Assembly (NCBI RefSeq): GCF_036321535.1 | Contig: NC_087437.1 | Coordinates: forward strand, 119,414,001 to 119,478,000 | DNA: 64,000 nt | Source: Camelus dromedarius | Taxonomy: Eukaryota | Direction: 5' to 3' | In this document: positions 13,643 to 26,345 of the stretch, piece by piece | Layout: each line of letters starts with the position of its first letter | Numbering within the stretch: the stretch's first letter is position 1 | Notes under the pieces: model-generated | The model's database searches: none | The model's input: the letters and a program-made list of their open reading frames with translations, nothing else | Told to the model about the DNA's origin: nothing | Program-made: the position numbers and the translations under genes

Positions 13643-16600
13643 CCTGCGCCTCCTGCCCCCGCCTCACCTCCCAGAACCCTGGGCCCCGTGGTCTTGCGCT
13701 CTGAGCCTCTCACGTTTTCCAGAATCCTCCCTGCTGGACACATGCTATTTGCTCAGTGTGGCCCGACCCCTCCCACTCCACTGCTGGCCCACTGCCCGCT
13801 GGCCCTGCTGCTCCTTCAGGCCCTGCACAGGAGCCACTTCCCCCGGGAGGCTGTCCGGGCCTGGGCTTGGGGGAGGGCCGGCGCTGTGTGCTGACTGCCC
13901 CCGCTTCTCCCGTCTCAGCTCACATCACCCACCGCCCCAACCCCGGAGCCAGACTCACCTCTCTGTCTTGGCCTCTGAACCCAGAACGGTTCTGACATGG
14001 CAGGGGCTCAACACGCACCCATCGGTGGAATGGCAGCACATCCATGTACGGAGCGGGGCTTGTGCTCAACGGGGGAGGCCTCGGAGACTCTCCCAGGACA
14101 CAGGAGGAGGTAGAAGAGGGAACAGGGACCCCTGGTGCAGACACGGTCATGAAAGGAGCCGGTTCTTAGCAGACAGGGTCTTCTGGGCATGTTGGGGAGA
14201 ATGAGGGGACGGAGCCCCACCCCCACCCCCGTGCCGTCCCCCAAACCCTACCCTTCCTCAGCCTGCTGACATCCCTGACAAAGAGGTTCTTTACGCAGAT
14301 CCACAGAGGACGCGGATGCCAGGGCTTAGGGCAGATTAGCATCCTCCCAGGGGATCCCGGGCGCCGAGATCCTGGCCAGGTGAGCTCAGAGGATCAACTG
14401 GAGCAAAGTGAGGCAGTTAAAGGGGAGAAAGCTCCCCAGAGCCCCTCGTGCCACCATCCCGGAGGCCGTCCAGGTGGGCGGGCCCCTCCCGGGCCCCTCC
14501 CTGCCCCCACCAGTGGCGGGAGGTGATGAAGGCAGCAAGGCCTCCCCTGCTTCGTGCTGCTGTGTATTTCCTGGCGGGTGGGATGACAGGTGGAGGTGGA
14601 GGAGAGACCAGATGGGATCCCAGGAGAGACGCTAAGTCAGGTGGCAGTGACTCGGCGGGACTGGATGCCAGGTGCTGGCTGGGCCCCTTCCTTCCAAGCA
14701 AGCCCGCCTGGGTGACTCTCAGGATCGCCCATTTTACAGATGGGAGACTGAGGTTTGTCCCTGGTGAATGTCAACGCCAGAATGGCCTCATAGACCCCGG
14801 CTCTGAGCCCACCGCAGAAGACTCCCTGACCATGGTCTTAGAATACTTGATGCTGTTGGCAAGTTACCCGCCTGGCATGAGGCTGGAGGCTCCTTAGGGC
14901 GCCCATGGGGGGCTCTTCTCCAGTCCTGCCCAACCCCAGGTGGAGGCACCCACCTGGGAAGGAGGAGCAGGAAGCAGGACCACCGGGTCCCCGAGGCCCC
15001 TCCCAGCTGTGGGCCTCCCTGCCCTCCGTCCTCACATCAGGACACACCCATGCGATGCCGGCCCAGCAGCGAGGCAAGTGGTGTGTGAGGCGCCTGACAA
15101 AGGGCAGACCTGCCGGTCACAGGCATGGAGCCTCAGCACCAGCGCGCTCTGCCTGGCTGCGGGGTCCTCCCGCATTCCCGCACAGTCCCCGGGACCGGGC
15201 AGGGTTACTGCGGCCACAACGCACTACGTTCTCTTACGATCCAAAGAAATTCAGGGCAGTAACTAGGGGCGAACGTGCTCTGGGAGCAGCTCTGTCTGCA
15301 GCAGGGCCAGAGTTTTCACTGACTTCGCAAACAACTAGCTTTGCTTCCAGCCGGAGAGGTGATGGGCTTGAGATAACCACAAGGCCCCGGCAAGGGTTCC
15401 CCGTCCTTGTTTATCCTACCCCAGCTGGCCACACGTCACACACACAGGCACGCACACCAGCCCCAGCGGCCAGGACATGTCAGTTTAACTGCCACCTCCC
15501 TCGCACAAGGCTGCTCCTGTTGGTGTAAACACCGCCAAACATCACCCCTTTGAGTTTTCAAGATACTTGCGGTTGTAACACCCGCCATCCACTAGTCTCT
15601 GGGGGAAGGGCGCTATTACCCCGTTTGCTTTTCAGATGAAAAAATGAAGACTGAGGAGGGGACAGAGTGGGGAGAAGAGATGGAGGGAGGGGCAGGGAGG
15701 GCAAAGATGGGGGGGAGGAGGAGTGGGGGAGGGGCGGGAAAGGGGATGTTGCAGTGAAGGTGGAACAGAGGAGCCTTGAGCCGAGGGAGGCAGGTCCAGG
15801 AGGCTGGGTTAGAGTGAGGACCTTCAGGCAGGGGGATTGAGTCTCAGGGAGTCTGGCAGTGAAAGGCAAAGGAGAAACCAGCTGCTAGAGATACTCCTGG
15901 TTTAAAGGCAGGTTTTATTGCAGCCTGCAGGGCCAGGGCGAGGAGCAGGTTTGCGGTGGGAAGCGGGAGGAGGAGAGGGGAGAGGCGCTGAGGGGTAGTG
16001 GAGGTGATGGGGCGATTCCTGGGTGGTGGGGCAATTTCTGGGTGATGGCAGGAGCAGGGGCCCTGCCAGCTTCAGAACTGAGAGGCCAGGGGGCGGGGGA
16101 GGAGGAGGAACAAGAGAGAAACGGAGGTGCCGGCTGGATGAGGGGAAGCCAGGTGTGCAGACGTGCCCGTGGCCCTGGTCCCAGCGCAGGAGACGAGAGG
16201 TCACAGCTCAGAGAGGGGCTGGGCAGTGTTGCAGGCCGTGAATGATGGAGGACAGGGACCTCCTGTTATTTAGAAAAGCGTTTCTATTTTGAGATAGTTG
16301 TAGGCACCCTTGCAGCTGTGAGGAATCGTCCAGAAAGATCTCACGCATGCCTATCCACTTTCCCCGACGCCAGCCTCTAGTCCTCCGCCACACCTCTCCG
16401 CCCTGCCTCTCCTCCTGTGGCCATGCCCCACCTTCTGGTCCTTGGCTTCTGAGCCATCTTTTTCCTAATAGAAAACCTGGCCACTGCTCCCCTGGGGGCA
16501 CCCCTGATGGCCGGCCCTCGTGTTTGTTGTGGGCCCCTGTGTACCAGGTCGGAGCTGGCAATCAGCCAGGCCAGTCAGGACAACGTGGAGACTCACAGAC

Positions 16601-18215
16601 CTAGTGGAACAGCCAAAGAATAAAGCTCAGAAAGGGCAGCATCCAGGCGGCCCCAGGGGTCTGGCCGCTGCCCTGGGAGGAATGGCGCCCGCCCCCGTCA
16701 CGCTGGTCAGGGTCCCAGGCTCCAGGGCCCACTGGCCTGATCTGTGTCCAAGCCCCAGCCAGCACTCCACGATGGACGGCCTCTAGGCCTGCACACAGCA
16801 GGCAGCGGTCACGGGCAGCCCTCCGAAGGCAAGGTGATGTGGCCAGAGGAGGGAAAGAGCCTGGCTGGCTCAGCTCCCAAGACCTCGGTTTAGTGTCGAG
16901 CAGAATTACAGGTGAGACCAGAGGCCACCGGCCGTGACACTCAGATGAGAACCTTGGGTGAAGAGGCAGTGAATACGTGTTTTCACGTGGGATGGATGCT
17001 GTCTGATGTGCGACAAGCAGGAAAGTGCACAGATTGAGAATCAAAAAGAACTCTGGCTCCCTGGGATTGAACTTGAGACGAAACCCACACTCAGCCTGCA
17101 TCTTGCTGCAAAGCAGAGCCCCTCTGAGCAGGAAGCTTCCCCGGGAGACTCTGTTTAAACTACAATGGTCTATATGTCATCTCACTTCTAACCCGGAGAC
17201 TTATGACTGTCTTACTCATTTGTGCTGAGAAACTGTATTTACTCATATTTCGTTCATTATTGAAAATTGGATTTACTCACCAACCTTATCATTTCTAACC
17301 TACAGACTCCCGTGTTTTAACAACTCAAGCAGCAACACAAAAAGAGGTTTTAGATGTTCTCTGAGTAAGGAAAACAGTCTTTCTTATTCCCTTAAAAAAG
17401 TGCACTAAAATGTAAACAGTGGTTAGAGCTGATACCCTTTCAAAACGCACTGTAAGTCTTCTGGTTTAAAACCAGTGGTCAGAGGCAGCGTCCCCTCTGC
17501 CCTCCGGGAAGAGCCGGGAAGGACAAGAGAAAAGAGGGCAGAAGTCCAGAGTCCATCTCTACTGAAACACACGTGGTGGAGGCGAGACCTCGCACAGGGG
17601 CGGGAGGGGAGGTCCGTGTGCAGGCGCAGTTCTGAGAAGCTGCACTTGGGGGACTGAGTGAGGGGTCCCCTGGCAACCCACACTGCTAGGGGGCTGCGTG
17701 TGGGTGTCCCATCTTCTTATTATAAAAAAAGAAAAAATAACCTACACAAGTACAAGAGAACTAGGATCAAACACATGTCAGGTCATTAAATATAAATGGA
17801 ATAAATTTAAAAATTAAAACCCCAATTCTGTGCCTGATCCAAGAAGCTCTCCTAGACCCAGAGGTTCAGACACAGGGACAGATAGGCTACGTCAGGTGAG
17901 ACGGAGTTTAGGTAGGTAAGCATTAAGCAAGACCGAGAAGGGCTCTTTAAAATAACCAAGAATGCAGTGCACAACCTACGTGTCCCAGTCGTGAACACAT
18001 GCACTACACACCACAGGTTTCAGCGTGTACAGAGTAAGACTCCTACAGGTGACACGGTGATATGGACACAGGATCGCAGTGCTAGCAGGAGACTTAAGCA
18101 CGTCACCATTTTTTTCTTTTGTATTTTCCCCAATATTTTACTATGAAAAAGTTTTGAATACACAGGAAAGTTGAAAAAATTATACAATGAACATTTATAT
18201 ACCCACCCCTTAGAT

Positions 18216-18543
18216 CAGGGCTCAGCCACCTACAGTCTGCGGGTCAAATCTTACCACTGCTTGTTGTCATAGGACCTGCGAGCTGAGAATAGCTTTATGT
18301 TTTTAAATGGCTGAAAAGCAATCAAAAGAAGAAAAGATATCTTGTGACACAGGAAAATTATGTGAAATTCAAAGGTCAGCATCCCTCAATAAAATTATAT
18401 GGGGACACAAGCCCGTGTATTCACTTCCATATTGTCTATGGCTGGTTTCTTGCACCAGTGGACACACTGAGTGTGTCCGTACAGCCCAGAAAGTCTAAAA
18501 TACTCACTGTCTTGACCTTTACAGAGAAAGTTTACCGACCCCG
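18216..18543. mobile_element. hAT-Charlie MITE, MER58B-like, nested in old L1
   Basis: cagggctcagc...gtttaccgaccccg termini; internal gcgagctgagaat and aaaatactcactgtcttgacctttacagagaaagttt. Confidence 0.85.
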
Positions 18544-19539
18544 GCCCCAGACTCTAAAATTAACATCTTTCTGTCATTGTTCCATCACACATCTGTGTGT
18601 CCCTCTATCCAGTATTAATGCAGACTGTTTTAAGTTGTAGACATCAGTACAGTTCACTGTTTAAATGCTTCAGCTGCATATCGTTCACTAGAGTCCATTA
18701 TTAGTTTTGGGTTTTTTTAAGATAAAATTTATAAGCAGCAAAATGTATAAAATTTAAGTCTAATCCAAACTTCTATCAAAACCGAGGAAGTTCCCTCGAG
18801 GCCTTTCCCAGGCCCTACCCGGCCACTGAGGCAACCCAGTTCTGGTTTTTCTTTCACTATAGATCGTTTTGCCCGTTCTAGACCAGCACATAAATGTAAC
18901 TGCACAACCTGTGCTCATGTGTAAGGGTCCTTCCCTCCACATAATATTCTGAGGGTCACACTGTTGCATGTACTGGGGTGCAGGGCTTTTTCCTGAAGAG
19001 CGTCACTCCACTGTATGAAGATACACCATTTGTTTATTCATCTGCCTGATGCCAGGCTCCCAGGCTGACTGCGGTGTTTGGCTAGGATGGATAAAGCGAC
19101 TGTCTTGTATGATCCTTCTGATGCTTTTATTTCTCTCGGGTACATCCCTAAGAGTGGGAGTCTGGCTCATGCAGTGGGTGTATATTTGATTTTATAAGAC
19201 ACTGTCACTCATTTTCCCAAAGTGGTTGGACCATTCCACCTCCCAGTGAATGAGAGTTCTCATTGTCCCACGACTGTACCAACAGCTCGGGTTGCCATTG
19301 TTTTAAATTTTAGCCATTCTGGTGCATGTGTAGTGATATTTTGTGATTTATTTGAGTTTTCCCAGTTACTAATGATGAACGTTTTTCCAGGTTCTTTTTA
19401 GACCTTCATGTATTTTCCTTTGTCAAGTGAAATATTAGATGGATTTTTGCCAGGTAAATATTTGTGTATCAACATTTATTTGCTTAGTCCCATGAGACTA
19501 AGGATTCAATATGATGACTGTTTCTTAATCCTGGCACTG

Positions 19540-19735
19540 TTAGTTAAAAATAAACAGCTTTTGTACAGTACAGGGAACAATGTTCAATATCTTGTAATAA
19601 CCTTTAATGAAAAAGAATATGAAAACAAATACATGTATGCACATGCATGACTGGGACGTTGTGCTGTGCGCCAGAAATTGACACGTTGTAACTGATGGTA
19701 CTTCAATTAAAATAACTAACTAATTAAACAAATAA
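19540..19735 (+). mobile_element. Short L1 3' end with A-rich tail
   Basis: tgtacagtacagggaacaat.ttcaatatcttgtaataacct...acttcaattaaaat; flanks aaataaacagct / aaataaacaagct resemble a TSD. Confidence 0.8.
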
Positions 19736-22700
19736 ACAAGCTCTTTAAAAATTTAACTATAGTGAGGTAATTTACATAGCCAACAATACACTCATTTTAA
19801 GTGCACACCCAATAAACATGACTCAGGGTAAGATCTGAGGTTCATTTCTCCCCCCTCATATGGACATAATGTCCCAGAACCGCTTGCTGGAAAGACTGTC
19901 CCTTCCCCCATTGAATTTCCTTGGTATCTTTGTTGAAAATTAACTGAATGAATGTGTGAGGGTGTATTGCTGGATTCTCCATTCTGCTCCATGAGTCTGT
20001 ATGTCTGTCTTCACATCAACACAACGGCAGTGCCTAATCACAGTGGTTTTCTAGTGTAAGTCCTCTGATTTCATTTATTTAAAATTTTTTTGGCTGATCT
20101 AGGTGTTTTGCATTTCTTTACGACATTTTATAAACAGCTTAATTTCTACAAGAAAAGGCAGCTAGGAATTTTTGAGAGAGTTTCTATAGAATTAATAGTA
20201 TTTCTACCCAAAATGTTTAGTAGGAAAAGCAATGAGTAGTAGAATTCACCATTGAAGCCATCTGGGATTAGAGTTTTCTTTGAGGAAAAGCTTTTAACTA
20301 CAAATTCAAGTTCCTTACTAAATACAGGAATATTCATGTTATTCATTTATTTTAGTAATTTGTGTTTTGCAAAATTTGTTCAAGTAACTTGTCCCATGTA
20401 TTGGCATAAGTCGTTCATGACATTCCTTTGCTGTTTTAATGTTTGTAGTGTCTACAGTGATGTCTTCCTTATAATTCCTAGCATTGGTGATTTATGTCTT
20501 TTCTCTTTTTTGTTTCTGGTTTTTCTGGCTAGAGATTTATCAATTATATTGACCTCTTCAAAGAACTTAGCTATGCTTTCTTTAAATTTTCTGTTCTTTG
20601 TTGATTTGTGGTTCATTGATTTCCACCTATTATTTCCTTCCTTTTTAACTTGGGTTTAATTCACTGTTGTCTTCCTAGAGTCTTGACTTGCAAACTTAGA
20701 TCAGTTATTTGAGGCCTTTGTTCTTTTCTTATATTAAGCATTGAAAACTATACATTTCCCTTTAGGTGCTAATTTAGCTACGTATGATGTGTTAGCTGCA
20801 TTTGGTATGTTATGATTGCATCTTCATTTCATTTAAAACATTTTCTGATTTCCTTTGCGAGTTTTTCTTTGGCCCATGGGCTGTTTAGAAGTGTCACATT
20901 TCCAGATATTTAGGAGGTTTACCACATAACTTTTATGTTATTGGTTTCTAGTTCAATTCTTTTATGGTCAAAGAACAGACATTACATAATTTGAACCACT
21001 CGCCATTTATTCTGACTTATTTATGGGCTGGCACGTGGCCCCTCTGGACGACTGTTCCATGTGTACTTGGAAAGAATGCACATTGCACTTGCTGGGTGGA
21101 GTGTCTGTAACAGTCAGCAGGGCAGGTGGGTGGGTGCTGTGTTACTGATATTGCCGCTCATTTTGTCTCTACTTGTTCTATCAATGATTGCCAGAGAAGC
21201 ACTTAGATGTCCAACTATAATTGCTGCTTTCTCTATGTTTCCCTTTAGAACCGTCAGCTTTTCCTTTACGTGTTCTTGAAGCTCTGTGGCGCGATGTGTA
21301 CACATTTAGGACTGTTGCTTCCTCATGATGAACTCATTCCACGATCATTCTGCAATTGCACCCTTCACGCCTGGTGGTAGCCCTTGTTCTGGAGTCTGTT
21401 TCGTCTATATTAATATGGCTGGTCCCATTAACCTGATGCCTCATGTATACATGGTATATTTTTTTCTATTCCTTTACCTTTAATCCATCCATGTCTTATT
21501 TAAAATGGGTTTCTTGTAGACACACACATTTAAGTTCTGCCTTTTGATCCACTTTGACAATATGTGCCTTTTCATTGGAATGTTTCATCCCTTATAACTG
21601 AGTTATGGTTGGGTTTAAATCTATCGTCTTGTTCCCTTTTCCTTTTTTCTTCCCTTATTTGGATCCAACTGAGTTGGATCATTGAGTATTTTTTTACATT
21701 GTGGTAAACTACATGTAACATGCATTTTAATTAAGCACTTTTCAGAATGTCACCCGCCCCCCACTGCTGGCTTATGAGCTGTGCTCCCCTGTCTTGCTGC
21801 TTCGTGGTCACGCTATTGTTTTTAGTTTCATGCTAACCTGTCACTGTCTAACCTTCAGATAACACTGCACCACTTCTCCTAGAGTGTAGAACCTTGTGCC
21901 TGTAGCTGCATGCTCTCCTTTCCCCAACCCTTCCTTTGTCGTGGTGTTTCCATACATTTCACTTTGACACACATTAGGAATCCCACAAAAAATAAGTGGT
22001 CGTCCTTTTTGAAAGCAGATCTTTTAAAAATCACAATTTAAAGAAAAAAAATACATTTCAAATAAAAACATTATTAACACAAAATGTCAGACTAACACAA
22101 GGGCATCGCTCCTTCCTCCTGCCTCCAGAGCATGCTGCGTGTGCTGTGGTGGCAGCATTTTTATGCTGTTGTTATTTATTTGTCCTTCTCCCGCCTTAGA
22201 CAATAAAGTCCTTGAGAGCCAAAACAATGTCTATTCATCGAATAACCTTAGTGCAGCACCTGGAGCTTGGAGGAGCTCAACAAACGTTACTCACTAGTTT
22301 CCCAGCTGCCTTACTGGGTGAAGGAAGGACAAGACGGCTGAAATACAGATGCTGAGCAGGGATGGGACACGTTCCAGCAGGCAGACAGGTGGATCTGGTG
22401 CCTCCTGACTGCTTACACGCATGTTTCTCCCCTCTGTCCTCACCTCCACCCTCAACCTCCCAGTCAAAACTCGCCAGGCAGGAAGAGGAAAGGATTTCCA
22501 AAGCTGGTTTCATAGAGACATGACTTTAAAAGCTCACTCAGGGTGGAATCTGACTTTTCCGCCTCGCGGGTGGTGCTGATATGTCACTGTGTCTGGAGGC
22601 CTCAGAGATGCTTGTGTTGTGAACACGTGTGACTGGGGTGGGCCTGGGGATGGAGAGCGGATGACTTTGGGGACGTGCTCTGGCTGGCCTGGAGAGTGGC

Positions 22701-23002
22701 TGCAAGGCTGGTGCCTGCGGCTCCAGTCTTGTAGACCTGGGTTCCCCCAACCTCCCTGGGGAGACCGAGGCCCAGAGCAGCTTCACGAAGTGCGGAGTTC
22801 TCTGCAGCTGCACCGGCGCATGGCCGGCATGACGGTGTGGACGGTGAAACTGGCTGGGATGTGGGATCATGCCTACAGCTGAGAAGTTTGATCCTGAGAG
22901 TTCGCAGAAGTGGTGGGGCAACCCAGGAGGAGGCAAAGCCCACTGAGGGGTCCTCAGAAAACGACAGTGTGGGACTGTCTCTCTTCTTGCATTTTTTCCC
23001 CT

Positions 23003-23180
23003 ATTTTTTTTAATTGCAGTGTAGTCAGTTTACAACGCGGTGTCCATTTCTCGTGCGCAGCAGCATGTTTCAGTCACACATGAACACACATATATTCTCT
23101 TTCATATTCTTTTTCATGATGAGTTACTACAGGATATTGAATACAGTTCCCTGCGCTGCACAGAAGACACTTGTTCATCT
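23003..23180 (-). mobile_element. Short L1 3' end
   Basis: T-tract then attgcagtgtagtcagtttacaa...acagttccctgcgctgcacagaag; similar to 56330-56463. Confidence 0.8.
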
Positions 23181-24666
23181 TCTCGCATTTTGACTTCAGG
23201 ACAATCAGAGCATTCGAGATCTTGCCCTGCTTTGCTGAGCTTCCTCTCATTTTCTGATCCTTGAAATGTTGGAAGGATTATAAAAACATTAACAAGGTGC
23301 TTTAAAGAATTTTCTACATAAATAAATAAACCCCCCAAATTAATATTCCCCCCTTCCAGCTAGTTTTAATCTTCTATTAGAGGAAAGAATTTATTTCCAA
23401 GAGAGATTTTAAAGCTACATAAACCTTTTTTTAAAAGCTAAAGAATTTTCTCTTACATGCGCAATCAAGTTCAACAATCACCCCATTTCATCTTTATGTA
23501 GCTCGTAGGGGTGAGCGCTCGCTGATGGTGTGTGTGTGGGGGGGAACGTCACTGCGGAATGAGGCTGTCAGGATTTCAGGCCCAAAGAGAGCCCCGGCCA
23601 GCACCCGCCGCCACTCACCAGTGCTCTCCCGGTTTTGTCTGTCCTCTGGCACTTGCAGAATAGCTCTCAGTTTCCCCACTCGCTGCACCACAGACTGGAA
23701 AGGCCTTTGAGGAGAAGGTACTGTGGAGGTTTTTGAACTACTTTTAGCCAAGGAGCTTCCTGTCCAGTGATTCTGGTGGAAAAGGAAGTGGCCAGCGGCA
23801 GAGGAGGGAGGAGACTTGGGGCTCTGTCCCCTCCCCTCCAGCCCCGCCTCCTGGCCCGAGCCTTGGGCAGTGACTATTTGACAAGCATGATGAATTCCTT
23901 CACTGACACGTGGGGAGGTTGTGGCCCAGAGAAGCTCAGTGACTTGTCCAAGGCCCTGCAGTCCCCTGCGGCAGAGCTGGCCTGAATGTGGGGTCTGGGG
24001 CAGTGTTGCCTCATTTTCAGAGCCATGTCCCTCTGTGGTGGCCAGGGAGACAAGGGGCTGCCTTGGAAAGTGACTGGCTCCTCTGGCCGTGTGGACAATG
24101 GCCTGGCAAGATGCAGCGCTGGTGACCAGCTGAGTCAGTGGTCAGGACTCCCAGTGTCCCGGGGGCCTAGGGAATGGGACCTCTCTAGGTCAGGGTCCAG
24201 GGAAAAAGCCCATCTGGGTCTGTCTGGGCCCAGCCAGTATGGAGAGCTGCTGACAGGGGCGCAGGGACCTCACACCTAACCTCGAGTTCGCACAGAGAGG
24301 TCAGTGGATCCGGGCGGCCCCCAACAGGAGTCGGGTGGGGGTTCTCTCCTCGGGAAACATGCTGTATGGCCCACTGGGGAGGAAGAAGTTTTCAGATCAT
24401 CACCCAGGACCCCACGAGCCCCGCCATGGAAGATAGTGCCAGTACCCCTGCATTTAAAACGTCAATCTGCTGCCCGAGCTGAGGGTTTTCTGGAACCCTG
24501 CAGCCTGATTCAGCCAATTCAAACCCTGCGCCGAGAGAGCCAGCCAGGTGTGGTTTTAGAAGTTCCATTAACTCTTCTGAAGTGACAAGGTACCATTTAG
24601 TAAATTTCTACTCTCTAGTGCTTAGTGCTTTCCTGGCACCTGGGAAAATTGATTTTATCTCATAGC

Positions 24667-24670
<4 letters not shown>

Positions 24671-24706
<36 letters not shown>
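24671..24706. repeat. (TG)18 microsatellite
   Basis: Direct read. Confidence 0.95.
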
Positions 24707-24710
<4 letters not shown>

Positions 24711-25499
24711 CGCGAGAGGAGGGGCTGTTGGGGAACTAGTGTGTAACGCAAAGGCTTACTTGTCCCTCTGAAGTGGAGAACAGTCCTCAGTTCCGTTCCT
24801 GTTTGGGGGTGATTATCAGCTCTAATTTCCTTAAAGTGCCATTTTAAAAGCCATTATCATAAAAGGCTGTATCACCGAGGACTCCGCGCTGCGACCACCC
24901 CAAACTAGCAGAAGCAAGACAGGACGTCTGCTGGGGCATCGGATTGGGCAGTGCGCCCCGGGGCCCCAGGAGAGCGCTAAGGATGCCATGTCTCACGGCC
25001 AGGTCGGGGCAGAGACCCAGCCCAGCCCCAGGGCACACACACACAGCTTTCCCCCTGGAGCCAGGGGCAGAGGCGCAGGAGGGACTCTGATTGGCCCAAC
25101 CGAGTCACATGAGCAGGCCCCAGCCAATCGCTGTGGCCGGGAGGTGGGGCTCTGCTTGCTCAGAGCTGGACCACATGGCGCAGAGCGTCAGCCCTCCCCA
25201 GGCTGGGTGTAAAGGACCCCTCCCAGGCCCAGAGTCGGTAAACTGCCGAAGGCAGGGAGGCTCCCGGACGCACAGCCCGCCAGAGCTCGGGCCTGTGTTC
25301 TACTTCCTGCTTTGTCCCTGAAGTCCCCACGGATAGCTCCGTTCTGCCACCCAGTTTTTTCTGAAACAAGGCTGAGCACCAGTATAAACGTGTGAATACA
25401 CATTTTGTTTCACATAAAAACCTTTCCTGCTGTCTTCTCTTTTCAATAGTGATTTTTAAAAGATAATGTTGCTCCCTTATTTTAACAGAGCTTTTCCTT

Positions 25500-25629
25500 T
25501 TAGTTTTTAGGGTTTTTTTGAGGGGTAGATAACTAGGTTTATGTACTTACTTTTAGAGGAGGCACGGGGGACTGAACGCAGGACCTCAGGCATGCTGAGC
25601 ACGCGCTCCGCCACTTGAGCTAAACCTCC
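25500..25629 (-). mobile_element. tRNA-derived SINE (camelid vic-1-like)
   Basis: Reverse complement ggaggtttagctcaagtggcggagcgcgtgctcagcatgccctgaggtcctgcgttcagtcccc carries Pol III A/B boxes, then a taaacctagtta..cccc tail shared with the 47882 copy. Confidence 0.85.
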
Positions 25630-25845
25630 AGCTTGTTTGCTGTACTTGTTTCCAGCGCTTGCACTGTATTTAATTAACCTTGATTTCTGAGAATTCAGAA
25701 ACTTAGCCACACCTCCAAGTCGAGAGCTTTACCTCTGGATGCCTTTATGACATATTTTTCTGCCTGCTGTCCTTGCCTGTTTGAATTTAACCTCCCAGAA
25801 AAGCTTCTGCAACAGAAGCTGCCTGGATATTCCTGCTCTTCCCAG

Positions 25846-26345
25846 TGTTGATGGAAATTCAAGTAGCTATCAAGTTAGGAAAAAGAAGGGAATTTTATTT
25901 GAGCCTAACTGAGGATTATAACCCAGGAAGCAGATTCTCTGAAGCGCTGAGAGCCATTCCTCCTGTTAGAAGTCAAAGGCACCGTCAGGTACATTTCTGA
26001 AACAAAGGATCGTACATCAAGATGACATAGTGACATTTTACATAAAGTTCACCCAGGATGCACGGTCCAGGTGAGCAGGCACAAAGCGAGCAGCAGGCCA
26101 CCACGCCCCCCTGCAGAGCTGGGAAAGAGCGCTGTTCTTTTAAGAAGGTACATTGCCGGTGTCAGAGGAAAGGGGGGAAAATGATCTTCACGGTCAAGCA
26201 GGCACCCCCACCTTTGAGGAGGTCCGGTTAGTGTGTCTTGCAGGTGCACGTGAGGGAGGGAAGAGGGGGTCCAAACAGGCACAGGGAGAGAATCGTATGT
26301 TTAATTTTTCTTGTCTTGCTTGAAAATGGAAACTTTATTTCATCA
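25846..26345 (-). mobile_element. Solo ERV1-like LTR (500 bp)
   Basis: TG...CA ends; tttatt (minus-strand polyA signal) ~50 nt from the left end; clear similarity to 2301-2596 and to the left end of 803-1217. No clean TSD. Confidence 0.75.

Larger units (their letters stand above)
17720..21990. mobile_element. Cluster of ancient L1 fragments (mostly minus strand) with nested younger inserts
   Basis: AT-rich; minus-strand peptides ELEFVVKSFSSKKTLIPDGFNGEFY (20146-20346) and LTVLKGNIEKAAIIVGHLSASLAIIDRTSR (21114-21305) are L1 ORF2-like. Confidence 0.85.

Noticed and set aside
1..17000. Possible 3' exons of UMODL1, the upstream neighbour in human synteny, and many 100-200 aa ORFs
   Set aside because: No ZP-domain, transmembrane or recognisable C-terminal peptide seen; the ORFs are GC-rich noise, mostly with non-ATG starts.
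25545..25629. tRNA-like sequences (also ~47970-48047)
   Set aside because: SINE heads with SINE tails and degenerate structure, not tRNA genes.
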